In this document: piece by piece, positions 20,640-33,347 of the stretch
Position numbering within the stretch: the first letter of the stretch is position 1
Layout: every line of letters begins with the position of its first letter
Source: Lama guanicoe
Lineage: Eukaryota
DNA length: 38,149 nucleotides
Reading direction: 5' to 3'
Assembly (NCBI GenBank): GCA_013239625.1
Contig: MU053911.1
Location: 1,067,590-1,105,738, forward strand
Made by a program: the position numbers and the translations under genes
The notes under the pieces: generated by a model
What the model was told of the DNA's origin: nothing
Database searches by the model: none
What the model saw: only the letters and a program-made list of their open reading frames with translations

Positions 20640-21208
20640 GACTCTTTAAGAGCTACCAAAGTGACCAATTCTAGAACGAAAATCAGATCATCTGTCTCCC
20701 CTGATTAAAATCTTTCCCAGTGGAGTTTTATTACTGAGAGTAAATGCCAAGTTATTTGGTTCGGCATAAAAGGCTCCCCTTGATTTGACCCCTAACTGTT
20801 CATTTTCATCTCTTCACTCCAAGCATTCTAAGCTAACACTGAATGCTCCAGCCAAGCTGTTTGTGAACAGCTTATAGTTTGTTCCAGACAACAGTTATTC
20901 ACACATATTCTTCTGTAAGCCTGTAACACCTTCCCACTTTCTGCCTATAAAACTGTTACTCACCTTTCAACACTCAGCTTGGGTATCACCTTGTTTAGGA
21001 AGTCCTCCACAAGCCCCTAACGAAGCTTCACTTTTCTCACATTTGTGCTTAAGTCAGCCTCTGCATACTTGGAACCCAGCATCTCTGGCTCTTTACTAAG
21101 TGTCTTCTAGATTGTGAGTTTCTTTAAAGTGAGCACTATAACCTTACTTTTTCAGTCCCTGGTACAGTGCTTGATTGATCAAAGGTTCTCCACAAATAGT
21201 TTACAAAT
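20640..21208 (+). mobile_element. L2 3' region
   Basis: aaatcagatcat, tactcacctttcaacactcagct...tcacc...ggaagtcct, ending cctggtacagtgcttga...caaatagtttacaaatg. Confidence 0.65.
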
Positions 21209-21212
21209 GCCC

Positions 21213-21568
21213 TCAAGGCCAGTGACCCAGGCCCATGGTGTGCCTTCTGCACCACTGACCCAGGCCCAGGGTGTGGCTTCAGGGCCGGTGATCCAGGCCC
21301 AGGATGTGGCTTCAGGGCCAGTGACCCAGGTCAATGGTGTGACCTCAGCGCCAGTGACCCAGGCCCAGGGAGTGTCTTCAGGGCCAGTGACCCAGGCCAA
21401 GTGTGTGTTTTCAGGGCCAGTGACCCAGGCAGAGGGTGTGTCTTCAGGGAGAGTGACCCAGGCCCATGGTGCTAATTCAGGACCAGTGACCCAGGCTAAG
21501 CGTGTGTTCAGGGTCAGTGACCCAGGCCCAGGGTGTGTTTTCATGGCCAGTGACCCAGGCCAAGTGTG
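21213..21568. repeat. 33-bp minisatellite, ~11 diverged copies
   Basis: Consensus ~TCAGGGCCAGTGACCCAGGCCCAGGGTGTGTCT. It translates as an 11-aa period PVTQAQGVSSG. One unit near 21505 is 2 nt short. Confidence 0.95.
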
Positions 21569-23984
21569 CATCTGTCACGACTGGACCAGCAGGCAGTGCA
21601 GAGGGTGGAAAGAAAATGCCAGTAACTGCAGGCTCCCGGCAACGGGATTCCAGACAGCGCAGCCATCAAAAGCTACCGAGAATCTCCTACAGGCAAGTGT
21701 TCTCAGCAGCACGTGAAGGAACCAATCAGAAATAGTGGCCGGGCAACAGGCCTGCCTTGGGCGCCTAGTCTTGTCCTGGAGCCTGGGGCTCAGAGTATCT
21801 CCAGCCCGCCCTCTGGGGCTCTGGGCCTCCGTCCGTGGGAGCACGAAGCTGGCGCCGCTCAGCCTCCCGGCCTTCACAGGCACTCAGGCCGGGAGCTGGC
21901 AGGGCCACCATGTTCCCAGGGGGCCTGATGCCAAGGCAGGCCCAGCGCTGTCTCTGGGGCTCGGGCCCCAAACTCAGCCCACGGGCTCTGCCACCGGCCC
22001 TGAGGGTGACCTGGACCTGTGCACAGTGACGGGGGCAGGAGGCTGGCAAGCCGGGCACATCTGGGCCCCTCCAGCTCCTGGAAGTAGGACAATGAATGAA
22101 TAAAAACTCTGCTAAGAAATGGGGCGGGAGGGGGAGACATACTGTGAGCAGAGACTACAAACTGATTAACAGTTTTTTAGAGAAAAGTATTCGAACATGT
22201 TATTACAGCCGACATGTTCTAATTCTCCCCTGTTACACAGAGAATATTTCACACCATGAGTAAAACTGGAGGCTAAAATCTGAAATGGAAAAGAAAATCG
22301 CTTTAACGGATCGGCTCTCTGGAGAGTCGCTGGGACAATACTGGAGCCTGATGAAAGCACGTGGCACAGCCACCAGGACGTGACCTTCCAAGACACGGAG
22401 CAGAAACACGCCTGCTCACAAGAGCTAGAAGCACTGAGCATGTGGTTACAGTCAAAAAAAATAAACTGGTTTTCCTAAACAGCTGTCATTAGTAACTTCT
22501 CGTTTTTGTTTCTGGATTAGTTCAGATGAGTGGCTACAATTAACCAAACTTTTTTGGGGGGGGACCATAATTAAGTCCAGGTAGATGAAAAACAGACTCC
22601 CACCCCTCATGAATAGTTTAGAAAATAATGTCCTTTTTATGGAAATTTTGCCCTAACGCTTTCTCTCCTGTCCAAATAATTTCCCAGCTGCATTTCAAAT
22701 TAAACTCCTATGTTTTCATCGCTCCCCGGGGTGTTCCTCCACATTACGACGTACTTTAATACGAGCAAATGATGGCAAGGCTATAAAGTGTTATTTCTCA
22801 CTGGAAATGGTCATTAATACCACTTCATACCTCAGAGAGCGTAACAGTAATTCGGTAATAAAACCAAGCGTGATCACCGCCCACTAAGAACCCAGGAGGA
22901 GCTCTCTGGCCGTGACTCGATGGAATGCTGACCGCGGCTCCGACGCAGTGCCCCCAGGCCTCTGATGGCACTGCTGCCCCCAGCTCCCCGCTTCATCCTC
23001 CTCTCCCGGTCCTCTGGCACCGGGGCCACACGCCTCCCTCATTCTTTGGAAACGGGGAAGTATTTGCTCTTATTTAAGCAGAGAGCTTCACTGATTATCC
23101 TCTCGCCTGGATACTGCCACGCACTTGATGAGGAAGGGCAGCTGGGTAAGTCACTGTAAACAGAGCCAGACGGCCCTCCACCCGTGGACGCGGGTTCTGC
23201 CCGCACGCGGCGGAATCTTGTGGACCGGCACCCAGACGCAGCCCTCCCCACAGCGATGGCCACTGTGAGCTCTGGGGACAGGGCCCTGTCCGCTCACCAC
23301 CCACCTCGCTGCTGGGCCTGGAGGAAACGGTGCAAGCACCCACAAACACACCCATGGATGGCAGCGTGGCTGAGTTAAAAAAGATGGCGACTTCAGAACA
23401 TCTGCGGCCCCATCGTTGCAATCCACTGACTTCAGCTGCTCTGTTTCCTAAGACATCACTGGTACTAGTTCAAAGCAGCGACAGTGGAATCTTTAAAGCA
23501 ACCCCCCACCCAACCCCCGGGAACAGATCCGGACATGGCGGTCAAATCCAAGACACCTGAAGCCTGCTGGCCACAGGTCAGCCCTGCCCGGATGCAGTCG
23601 GGGCACCAGGCTGACACGCAGCCGTAGCCTCCTTGCCTCCTGTGATTTTCCAGCTAAAATGCAAGCAAGCAGAACACACTTCACTGTCTTCTAACCAACA
23701 TTAGCAGCTGCAAACATCCTGCCAGAGAAACCCCAGGACAAGTCAGCTTTTGAAAACGTTCAATCAAGAAATGATGAACGTCTATGGAACCCGCGCTTTG
23801 CACCGTCTGAGATCCCAGCCAGGGGGACACACGCTGACCCCCCAAGAACAGGGGCACCGAGCAGGCGCCGCGTCAGTGTTCTCGGCACAGAGACCCACCC
23901 TGGGTGGACCCTCGACACGCAAAGCTCACCGAAAACACTACCCCGCGTTCGTTCATGAACAGAAACACGCCCTCCCTCCCGGTA

Positions 23985-23998
23985 CCGCCAGGGGGCGC
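23985..23998 (+). promoter_or_regulatory. Strong CTCF motif
   Basis: CCGCCAGGGGGCGC matches the CTCF core consensus. Confidence 0.6.
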
Positions 23999-26452
23999 GC
24001 ACCCGGGCCGAGGACTGCACGTAATCAGGCTGAAACTTCACCTAATGCTGTGTCATCGTAAAACGCATGTGGGAACCCAAGACTAAAAACCCGTAAAGCC
24101 AAGCTGAGCCGCAGAGTGACAGTAATGAACGCAACGACGACAGCTTCAAAGCGACTCTTCAAGGAGCTCCAGAAGCTTCCATGAGCGCTTTACCGTTTAT
24201 CTTTAACGCTGACGTGTTTCATCTGAAAACAAACGCCGAGAGCTGTGTGTGCCCCTCTCCTGCAGGTGGCTGCGGAGGCGGCCACGATGAGACCCCGTGA
24301 CACTGGGGATCCGAGGGGCCCCACCAAACTGCTAACAGGCTCCCACGGGCCAGCTGGCACGTGCGGGGCTGCCCATGGGGATGACCTTGGTGCAGTCACT
24401 GGCCGTGACTCCTCCGACATGGGACACCGTCGTCGGGTTTTGCACATGGCAGGGGAGCGATGGACGCTCAGCATTAAACTAAACGGGCCGAGATGGGCCT
24501 CCAGGGCTCCTGGTCCCCCGAGTCCTCTGCCCTCGCCTGTGCGGCCACAGGAAGGGCAACACCAGGCACTGCGTCCCCGAGCGTGACCAGGAGGCCGGGA
24601 GGGCCATGCGTCTCGGGGGACGGATTCGCTCGAGCACAGCGGGGCTGCTGCCTGGGCTGGGGAGGGACCCCAAGGATGAAAAGGCATCTTTTTAAGTTGC
24701 CTAAGTATCCAGGAAAGCCTAGAAAAACGAGGGCCTTCAGGGAGAGCTCAGGAAACGTCCACACCATCAACTCCATGCAGATGCGGCCGAAAAGCCCGGG
24801 AACAGGTAGTGAAAACTGAGAAGGGAGGAGCCAGCGCCGCCACCACACGTGGTGACCTAGCCAACCACTTGGCTCTGGACGATGCAGCCAGGGGCTTCAG
24901 CACTTGCCATGTCAGGCCAGAGGGTGGGCTCAGTGCCCTGCAGCCCAAGTCCTCTCCAATGACCAAGCCCGGGACCCCTGCTGATGGGGAACAAAGCGGA
25001 GACACAGCAGGATGGAGCGGGCACCCCCACGTGGCAGCCGCACGGGGACCAGTACTGCGGTTTGGGGGACACATCCTGTCTCACCGCCTGGCGGGGACAC
25101 CCTGAGCCCACAGTGTCACCAGGAGGTCAGGTGCATGGAAAGACAGACAGACAAATTCTAGAGAATAAAACACACTATTAACATCCGGACTCCCGCAACC
25201 CTACGTCACAAATGTGCCAACTCCTCCACTGTTAACAAGGAGCCCAGAGGAAGGTAACTGACTGTATAAGTGGGTCAGACCTGGGCTTGTGATGCAGAGA
25301 TTTGCATTTCAAATAAAAAGCTGGTGGCTCCGGCAGAGACGCTGACCAGGTGGGAGTATTAAAACAGAAGTGCTCATTTAAGTGACAAGCCCTAGGGCTC
25401 TGGGCAGGGACAAAAAATAAAACAGACGAAGCACGCATCCGAGAGAGAGAAATCTGTTAGCTTGGATCACTTTTAAGGAAGAGAAAGATCTGGAGGGTCT
25501 TATGTAAGGCATAATACTCAGAAAAATTAACATTGTGGGCAAGTGACAGGACTCCGTTGTCTAGGAGGGAACAACTTACGTTCAAGCATGAAAAAGGAGA
25601 CAGTGTGGGAGCAGAGCCACCTGACAAGCAAGCCTGGCGGTCGGACGTGCAACCTGGGAAAACCGAGGTTCCTTCCTGTGATCTGCTGGCCAGCCTGTCC
25701 CTCACGCGGCCCTCACTACATCACCTGCAGTCCCCACAGAGATGTTCGTCACACTTAAGATCTGAAAAAAAATCATATCTTTTCATGTTTTCCTCTGTTG
25801 TGACAAACTTCGCCTTCTCTGAAAATAAAGGCTCCCACACGACAACAGCACGTGTCCCATGAGCCCAAAGGAGGGGTCTGGAAGGGAGTGGGGAGACTGC
25901 ACCCCGCAGAACAGCTCCATGCACAACGCAGCTGCGGACGGGACCTCAGACCCCGGCCACCCCAGAGGAACCTGCCGCGGCCCCAGGCGTGCCCACTGGG
26001 CACCGGCTGCGAAGGAAGAGCTGCTCTCTGTGACACGTTACCTGGAGGTGCGACTACAGGGCAGGAGGAGAGAAATCCAGAAGAGAAACGAGCCGGTGCA
26101 ACAGACACACGCCCACTGACGGCAGCATCCTCACAGCTGCCTCCCGTTAACAGAGGCGCGAGTTAGCAATTCACACCTTGTCTTTATTAACTGCTCTAAC
26201 AGTAAACTGACAAGCTTTATAAAAATATGAGTGTGACTACATGGTTCTAATAGGGATTATGTGAAAATAAACACATTTGGTGCCAATAAAATTATGGAAA
26301 AAAACAGTTCAAAGAAGCATCATAAAGATATCTCCACTGCTGGCCTCTGGGAACAGCTACACAGACGCACAAAAATGAAGGAACGACAGCAAACGTGTTT
26401 AAGGACTTACACGTCACCCACCGCCCACTGATTCCACCCCCTTGTAAGACAC

Positions 26453-26570
26453 ACTATTTTTATCACCGCCGTTTTGCAGATGCACTGAAAGGTTAAGTAA
26501 CTTGCCCATGGTCACACAGCCAGAAAGCTGACTTGAACTCAGGCCATTTGAATCCTGACTCACTCTAGAA
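26453..26570 (-). mobile_element. MIR SINE
   Basis: ttttgcagatg...aggttaagtaacttgcccatggtcacacagc...ttgaactcagg is the reverse complement of the MIR core. Confidence 0.8.
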
Positions 26571-29500
26571 CCCAAGACGCACAGCCTGCATTTCTGTGGA
26601 AAAATATCTGTGCCCCTCAACGGAGCAGCAGACATTTCACCGATAAAAAACAAAGACAGGTCATTGTGGTTGCCATGCTGCTAACTCAGGTCCACTACAC
26701 ACCAAACCATCACAGAATCTGTTCACCTCTCGTTTCTCCATCGCCTTCTGGACCAGCACATGCTGCTTTTTCCTAAACTCGGCTCTGACGTCTGCTCTCA
26801 GGGTTTTCCGTTCCAGGCTCTTGCCGGCTGCTCTCCAGTGAGGATGGTCCACTGCTACATGGACACACTGCGAGCTTCTTCGCACCTGCCCTTCCCTAAC
26901 TCTGACGCTGAAACACCATGACCCTCGCCTCTTCTCTCTAAAATCACAGTCCACCCCCAAATGCTCATGCCTGCTTCCAGTAAGAACCATGAAATCAAGC
27001 ACTTAAAAAAATCACCATATATTCTTTCCCACCATGAAAATATAAAAGCACAGGACACATGCTTTTCAGAGCCCAACACCCTGCCCAGCATTTGTTAAGC
27101 ACAACTTTGAAAGGTATTTGCCATTCAGACCTGTTGTTAGAAAAACAGCCGCTTCCCCCGTGTAACCAGGTGACTTTTCTGCACTCCAACCTGCTCACTC
27201 TCCAGCCCCGCCTCCATTACAGTGTTCAGAAGAAAAGCAAGCTTGGCTTCTTATCAAACCCTACAAACCCCTAAAAAGTAGAGGCTGAACTGTACCGAAC
27301 CAAAGCCTTTATGAGAATGTCTCTTCCAGGGCCACCTGTTAACGCTTTCACATTGCATTTTTCCTGGTCACACAGAACCGCGGTTGGGGGGCTCCTGGGG
27401 GCATGACATCACTACAAAACCTGCGCAAGAGGGCAGAACGCAGAGGGGAGCAGATAAAGGACGGAGAACTCCGAAGCCATTCTCAGTCTTAAAAACAGCC
27501 GTGACATTACGTGACCAGCCGCTTTCCCGAGGGCCTTGGGGATACAACGCGGACAGTGCCCACCAGGGGGAGCCCGTGGGCCCACCTCTGAGGTACCTGG
27601 AGGCTGGGAAACTTGGCTTCAACTTTAAATTCCACGAAGACAAGCCACCAGGAAGGGAGTGAACAAATATGAAGAGAAGCAGAAGGAGCAGTGAAATAAA
27701 GCAGAAAAGAGAACAGAAATCCCCTCTGCTCCTCAGAACTGAATTCAAAAACCAAAAGGACATTTTCAGTGTCGTCTTCAGCATGAGCTCAAAACAAACA
27801 TTCGAGAAGGAAGACTTGAAAACAGCCCTCTCACATAGTAGTCAAAAGTCAAAAGAAATTGTTACGACATACAAATTTGAGACAGAAGAGGGGAAAAAGA
27901 GCATTTTCTTTAAAATTCCCTTCCTTTGTCAAATTTAGTTTCTACAATCACCTTCACGTGTCACCAAAAAAAATAGTAATGTTAACAGAGTGGTGGTAAA
28001 CCCGTTCTTCTACAGTAACATTAGCTCTCTCAGCCTCCCTCCACTATTTTGTATTTTATTTTTAACCTTCAAATTTTTTTAAAAAAAATCTGGAACACAT
28101 CTCATTCCAGTATTTTCCAGATAACTGACCTTGATCCCAGGAGCTGGGATCTGATTATACTGTCAGTAAAGACCGAAATGTGGCTACTAGAGATGTAATC
28201 ATAGAGACTCACATTTTCATACTACTGACGCACGTTAATTAAAACTTGGCACAGCTGAAGGAGTGGAGGACACACAAAAAGAAAGGTGGCGTGCATTTCA
28301 TACCGAGTGCAGGGTGACCATCACCTCTTCTGGATAAAGACATTCAGAGGAAGGTTCCAGAGCTGTGCCCGCAGTCACTTTAATCACCGTTCAACACAAA
28401 AGGACCAATCATCAAAATCCAGAGGGGTTTGCTTGCTGTTACGCTGTTAGAATGCTCACCAGGTACTTCCAAATGCTTCCCAGTGACAGTGATTATGCAT
28501 CTGGTGATGGTGACCTACCTGTAGCTGCCGAGCCTCCTGGGATGGTCTCTTCCACTAACTACGCTCACGCTGGGAACTGGGAGCAAGTCTGTGTTGTGAG
28601 CGATAACTCAAAACGCGGGAGGAGTCAGAAGCCGACAGGGGCAGCTCCCTGCTGTCACAACTGTGATCTGGATTCCGGCCTCGCTAGTGCTCTGGGGTCG
28701 GGGAACAGGTGCCACATAAAAACTGCAAAAGCACCGAGCGGAGGCGTGCAAGACGCTCAATGTCAACACGCGGGGAGGAAACAGCCTCGCATTAAACACT
28801 CACAACTGTGCCTGCGGGAGCAGCACGTGCCACGCTCTGAAAGGACTTATGCTTTGATGCAAACTCTGACCCTAAACCTGTGCAACAGCGACCAGGTCTT
28901 TTGGATCCTTGGCAGAAGCACAAATAAGAAAAGCCAGAATGAGGAACATGCACACTTCCATGCACTGTTTCACGCTTCCTTAACCTGGGGTGAGAAGAAA
29001 GGAATTTAGGCATTCATTTGATAAAAAAAATTATTTAAAAAAAAAAGTCCACTTGAAGTGCATGAAAATCAGCTGACACTTGTTTATTCTAAATGGATAA
29101 GCAGTGTTCCCAACAGCTGTAAATTTTACTAATTACTTCATGGGGCCAACTCCTGCCTTCTTCCAGCTTCATTTTAACTTTTTTGGAGCTTAATAAAGAA
29201 ATCATTCCATTTTTTAAAAGACTGTTTGGGATTTATACCCTTTGGTAAGTATGTGCAAATATGCACTAGTACTAATTCATAATCAGATTATTAGTTTAAA
29301 TTACAGTATTACTTACAGTAAACTCACCAAAACTATTTTATTATCTCATTTGCTTAATCTTGAATATTACTTGATACATGCTGAAAGTACAGTCAGGGTC
29401 CAGTAAGGAAAACAGACATCACCACAGAGAACACGGGGAACCAGGGAACCAGGAGGGCGTGGAGCTGGGGACACGGGACGGGAGGTGGGGTGGGGGTAGA

Positions 29501-29946
29501 GCAGAGCCTTGGAGGAGGGTCCCGGCAGCGGGTACCCAGCCCCGGGAGCAGAGGGCGCTGCATGCAGGGGCTGGGATGCGGGCACTGGGCAGAAGGACCT
29601 CCTGCACCAGCAGGGCCTGGCCAGGGGTCTGGTCCCTAGGAGCAGAGGAAGCACTCGGCAGGGCTGGTGCTGGAACCTGGGCCGGGAGCTTGGCTGTGGA
29701 CACCTCCCAGGAGCCTGGTGAAGCTGCTTCTGGGGCCGCCAGAAAAACAGCTGAGAACTAGACTCAGCCGTCACGGAAGGGCCCGCTGGCCAGTGCTGGC
29801 AGGAGCACAAGCCACCAAGAGCAAGCAGGTGCCACCTCCCCGGCCTGCCCTCCCGGGCTCCCCCAGCACCGGGACAGGGAACAGCGCAGGAGGGGCGAGG
29901 GGCGGGCTGGGCGGGCGGACACAGCTTGTCCTGGATGCATCCCCAC

Positions 29947-30068
29947 GCCTCGGTTCCCTCATCTGTGAAATGGAGAAGGTACCAGAACCCACTCGCGGAG
30001 GGGACCGTCATGTTTGGTAAAACGCAAGGAGTCCTTATGGCCGTCCCTGGCACACGTAAGTGCTGAAT
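29947..30068 (+). mobile_element. MIR SINE 3' half
   Basis: gcctcggttccctcatctgtgaaatggag...cctggcacacgtaagtgct. Confidence 0.75.
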
Positions 30069-31030
30069 TTACATAGGATATTATTTTCAAAGTATTTGTT
30101 ATCTAGTTGTATACTACCTTATGGCGAGACTCTACCCACAAAATCCACTCTAATAGAAAGATTTCACGCAAAACAAGAGCACACATGAGCACTGGCTTGG
30201 TCTGAAAAGGAGATGGATGTGAGGGAACCGGGACGGGGAGACCCTGCGCCTGGGACAGGCTCGTTGCCAACAAGAAGCCACACATCACCCCGGCCTGTGC
30301 TTCCTCTTCCAAGGAGGGAACCTGCTAAAAATTATTTCTGAAGTTCCTTCCAGTGCTTAAAAATCATACTGTTATAAAAAACTTTTCTGTTTAATTTCAA
30401 CTCTGAAACTAATTTCTGACGGTCCTTGTTTTAATTAAGGCTTATCACAGGACAGAAGTCCAGCTGAACCACACACGGTATCTACATAAATGCCTGCACT
30501 GTTTACTTTTCTCTAAAGATAGGTGATTTTAAACTGAGAATAAAGGTTTTGAACATGAAGTACATTTTAGGCACGGGAGCTGTCAGATGTCATGACCGTG
30601 CTCAGGGCCACACAGGCACCGGGGTTATGGGGTCCCCCCACCCAGGCACTGCAGCTGAGAGGCACAGCCCAGCTGCACAGAACGACTGCCTGTGAGGATC
30701 AGGTCTGTTGTCCCCTCACTGCCCCAAACGCACAGCAGTGAACATACGGACAGACGTCTCTGAGGCCCACCCAAGACCCGCCTGAGACAGAGGTCCGGTG
30801 TAGCCACCACAGTACACGGCGGGTGTCACCCACACAAGCTGCACTTGGCCGCGTCCAGGCTGAAGAACTGTCAACACGACACGGAGGCTCTGCGTCCCGC
30901 TGCGGAGTTCTAAGCCGCTCTTGTGCTGCCTCCCAGTCCGCCCTTCACAGTCCATGCCGGCCTGAATGGCAGCCCCTGCTGACCTCAGGAAAGAGGAATG
31001 TAAACAAGTGTGACTTTTAGCAGACACACC

Positions 31031-31395
31031 ACTGTATATAAACTAAACAGCAAGGCCCCGCTGTACAGCCCTGGGAGCTGCAGTCAGTACCTTGCAGTAA
31101 CCTACAGAGAAGAACACGTATCCGTGTGTAACTGAGTCACGACGCTGTGCCCCAGAAACACAACACTGTTCATCAACTACACTCGAACTGAAAGATAAAA
31201 TTAAAACATACTGTATATAAAGCAGATGACCAGCAAGGCCCCACTGTACTGCACAGGGAACTACACTCACTATGTTGTAATAACCTAAAATGGAAAAGAA
31301 TGTGAAATACGTGTGCACGACTGAATCACCATGCTGTACACCAGAAACTAACAGGACGTTGCAAATCAACTCCACTTCAAAATAAATAAGCAAAC
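31031..31395 (+). mobile_element. Two head-to-tail L1 3'-terminal fragments of ~180 bp each
   Basis: Both start actgtatataaa (31031 and 31210), contain cagcaaggcccc and ccagaaac, and end in an A-rich tail. Confidence 0.88.
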
Positions 31396-33331
31396 AAGGG
31401 CAACTTCTAGAAGCTGAACCCACAGCAGGCATCCTTTCACGTATTATATTACCTACCGGAGCCACTTTTTACATGAGGCAGAAGGGCTCCGATGACAGCC
31501 ACACGGACTGGTGCAAACAGTGCGGGGATTTTGCAGAACAGAACTTTTCATCCTTATACAGAACGCAGCCGTTCAGGACCTACTGGGAACCTCAAGTCAG
31601 AAACTACTTTTGAATTGAAGCTGAAATTACTCCACCTGAGAAACGAGGGGCAGAAAAGACGCACGTCATGCCCCCGACACGCTGACGAGGCTAACTCTTC
31701 TGTAACTAACAAAGCAACAGCGCATTAGGAAGCACAGCCCACCACAAACACCCTGAAGCCCGTGAGCAGGTCGGGGACCACCACAAGGCACCAGAGGGAG
31801 CTTTTGCACTGAGCAGGCCTGATGACGGTCCTGCCGCTTTTCCCGAACTGCTTGCGTCTGCAGAAGGAGGGGACCGCCAGGTCAGCTACGTCTGAGCGGA
31901 GACTCGGGGGCAAACCTATGTTCTGTGGAGCTTCGGACAGAAAGTCACAGCTGTTACGCCTCATCTTCGCACAGAATCAAGAAGAACGAAAAAACTGGAA
32001 GCATCTACTTACTCATCTGCAGCCCGAACTGGGCCTGGGTTACGGTCCACAGGCCCCTACTGCGTTCACGGCAGGAGGGAGGGACCGCACAGTGAGAGCC
32101 GTCACACCACAGCGGAGCAGAGTCAGGGACGGAGGCCTTTGCTGTGGTGCAAGGAGACACCCGGACAGGAGCCCCTGAGCTTCAGCTCAGCCCTTCCCAC
32201 GGGGAGGAGGGCATCTGGGGCTATTGGAGCTGCACAAAGGTTCCCCACGGCACCCCTGCTCCAAAGATCCTGCAGCCCGGGGGTGGGAGGGCGTGAGATG
32301 CAGCCCCTGGGACCAGTAGGCAGGGCGCGGCGTCCCCACGTGTCCACACTCACTGACATCTCAGAGCGGTCGAGAGAGCTGCTGGCCCTTCTGCCCCACG
32401 GTCAGCTTCCTCGCTCCCCAGACCTCCAGGTACTGACCATGGGCAAAAGCTGATGTGACAAACAGCACCCGGAGCACAGGGGTTGGGCTCTGGGGTGTGA
32501 CCCCGCACCCGCCCCTGCGCATGAAGGGTGCGAGGCATGGCACATGTTTTAAAGACACTGTGTCATTCCATTCATCTATAAAACTTTCCCCTTTTTCCCC
32601 AGAAAGAGTGCTTTTAATATATTCATGTCAAGTCTGTACCAGGAGCGAATGGAATCAAAACCTTTTTCTTAGTCAAATTAGCGGCCACGGCATCCGTCAT
32701 TCCAGACAAGGCTACGAAGAGGGTCACCCCAAGCAGGTCTTTCCTTGCAAAATGCTAAATACCGTCTCTCCTCATTCCAGGTCCTCAGGCACACGCTGTC
32801 CTCCTCTCTGTAATGGCTTATGCCAAATCTGCAGACAGTTCAGAACTGCTTCATAAATTATGTAAGTGTTTGTGCCTATTTTCAGCTGGATGACAGCCCA
32901 AAGGGAGGAATGAACACCTTTCTGGAACAGCATCCTACCGAACAGGGACAACGTGAGCGAAAGCACAGCTTCAAGTAACAAGGAAAGTCTGCCTGGAGAC
33001 GTCTCCTGTGTTACAACAATCTGTGCACGTTGTTTATAGTAAAGATTTCTAGCATGTGCTCATCAGTGTAGGTACGGCCACTCAAATAAGCGAGACAGTA
33101 GTCATACTGCAAGAAGGATTCTCACAAACCTAATTTATGCCTAAATAAAAGCCAATCCTCCAAAAAAGCCAAGCTCAAGCACAGAAGGTGCATCACTGAA
33201 AACCCTAGCGTGTGTATTCATGCAGTAAATGCTGACCACGCAGCCACTCAAGCAGCAAGAAGCCGCAGCTCCCAGCACAAAACAACGTGTCTAAGAGCCA
33301 CGCTCGGGAGCCAGTCCAGCGTCGGCGCCAG

Positions 33332-33347
33332 ACTCTAGGTGGCGCTG
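33332..33347 (+). promoter_or_regulatory. CTCF-like motif
   Basis: ACTCTAGGTGGCGCTG has a perfect 3' half and two mismatches in the 5' half. Confidence 0.35.

Noticed and set aside
21114..21716. Mucin-like 200-aa ORF, or a CRISPR-like array
   Set aside because: The ORF starts inside an L2, has a frameshifting unit and is explained by the 33-bp period. The repeats are contiguous with no unique spacers, and the DNA is mammalian.
28365..30053. 214-aa (+) and 228-aa (-) ORFs
   Set aside because: No recognisable domain or exon structure, non-ATG starts, and the second begins within a MIR.
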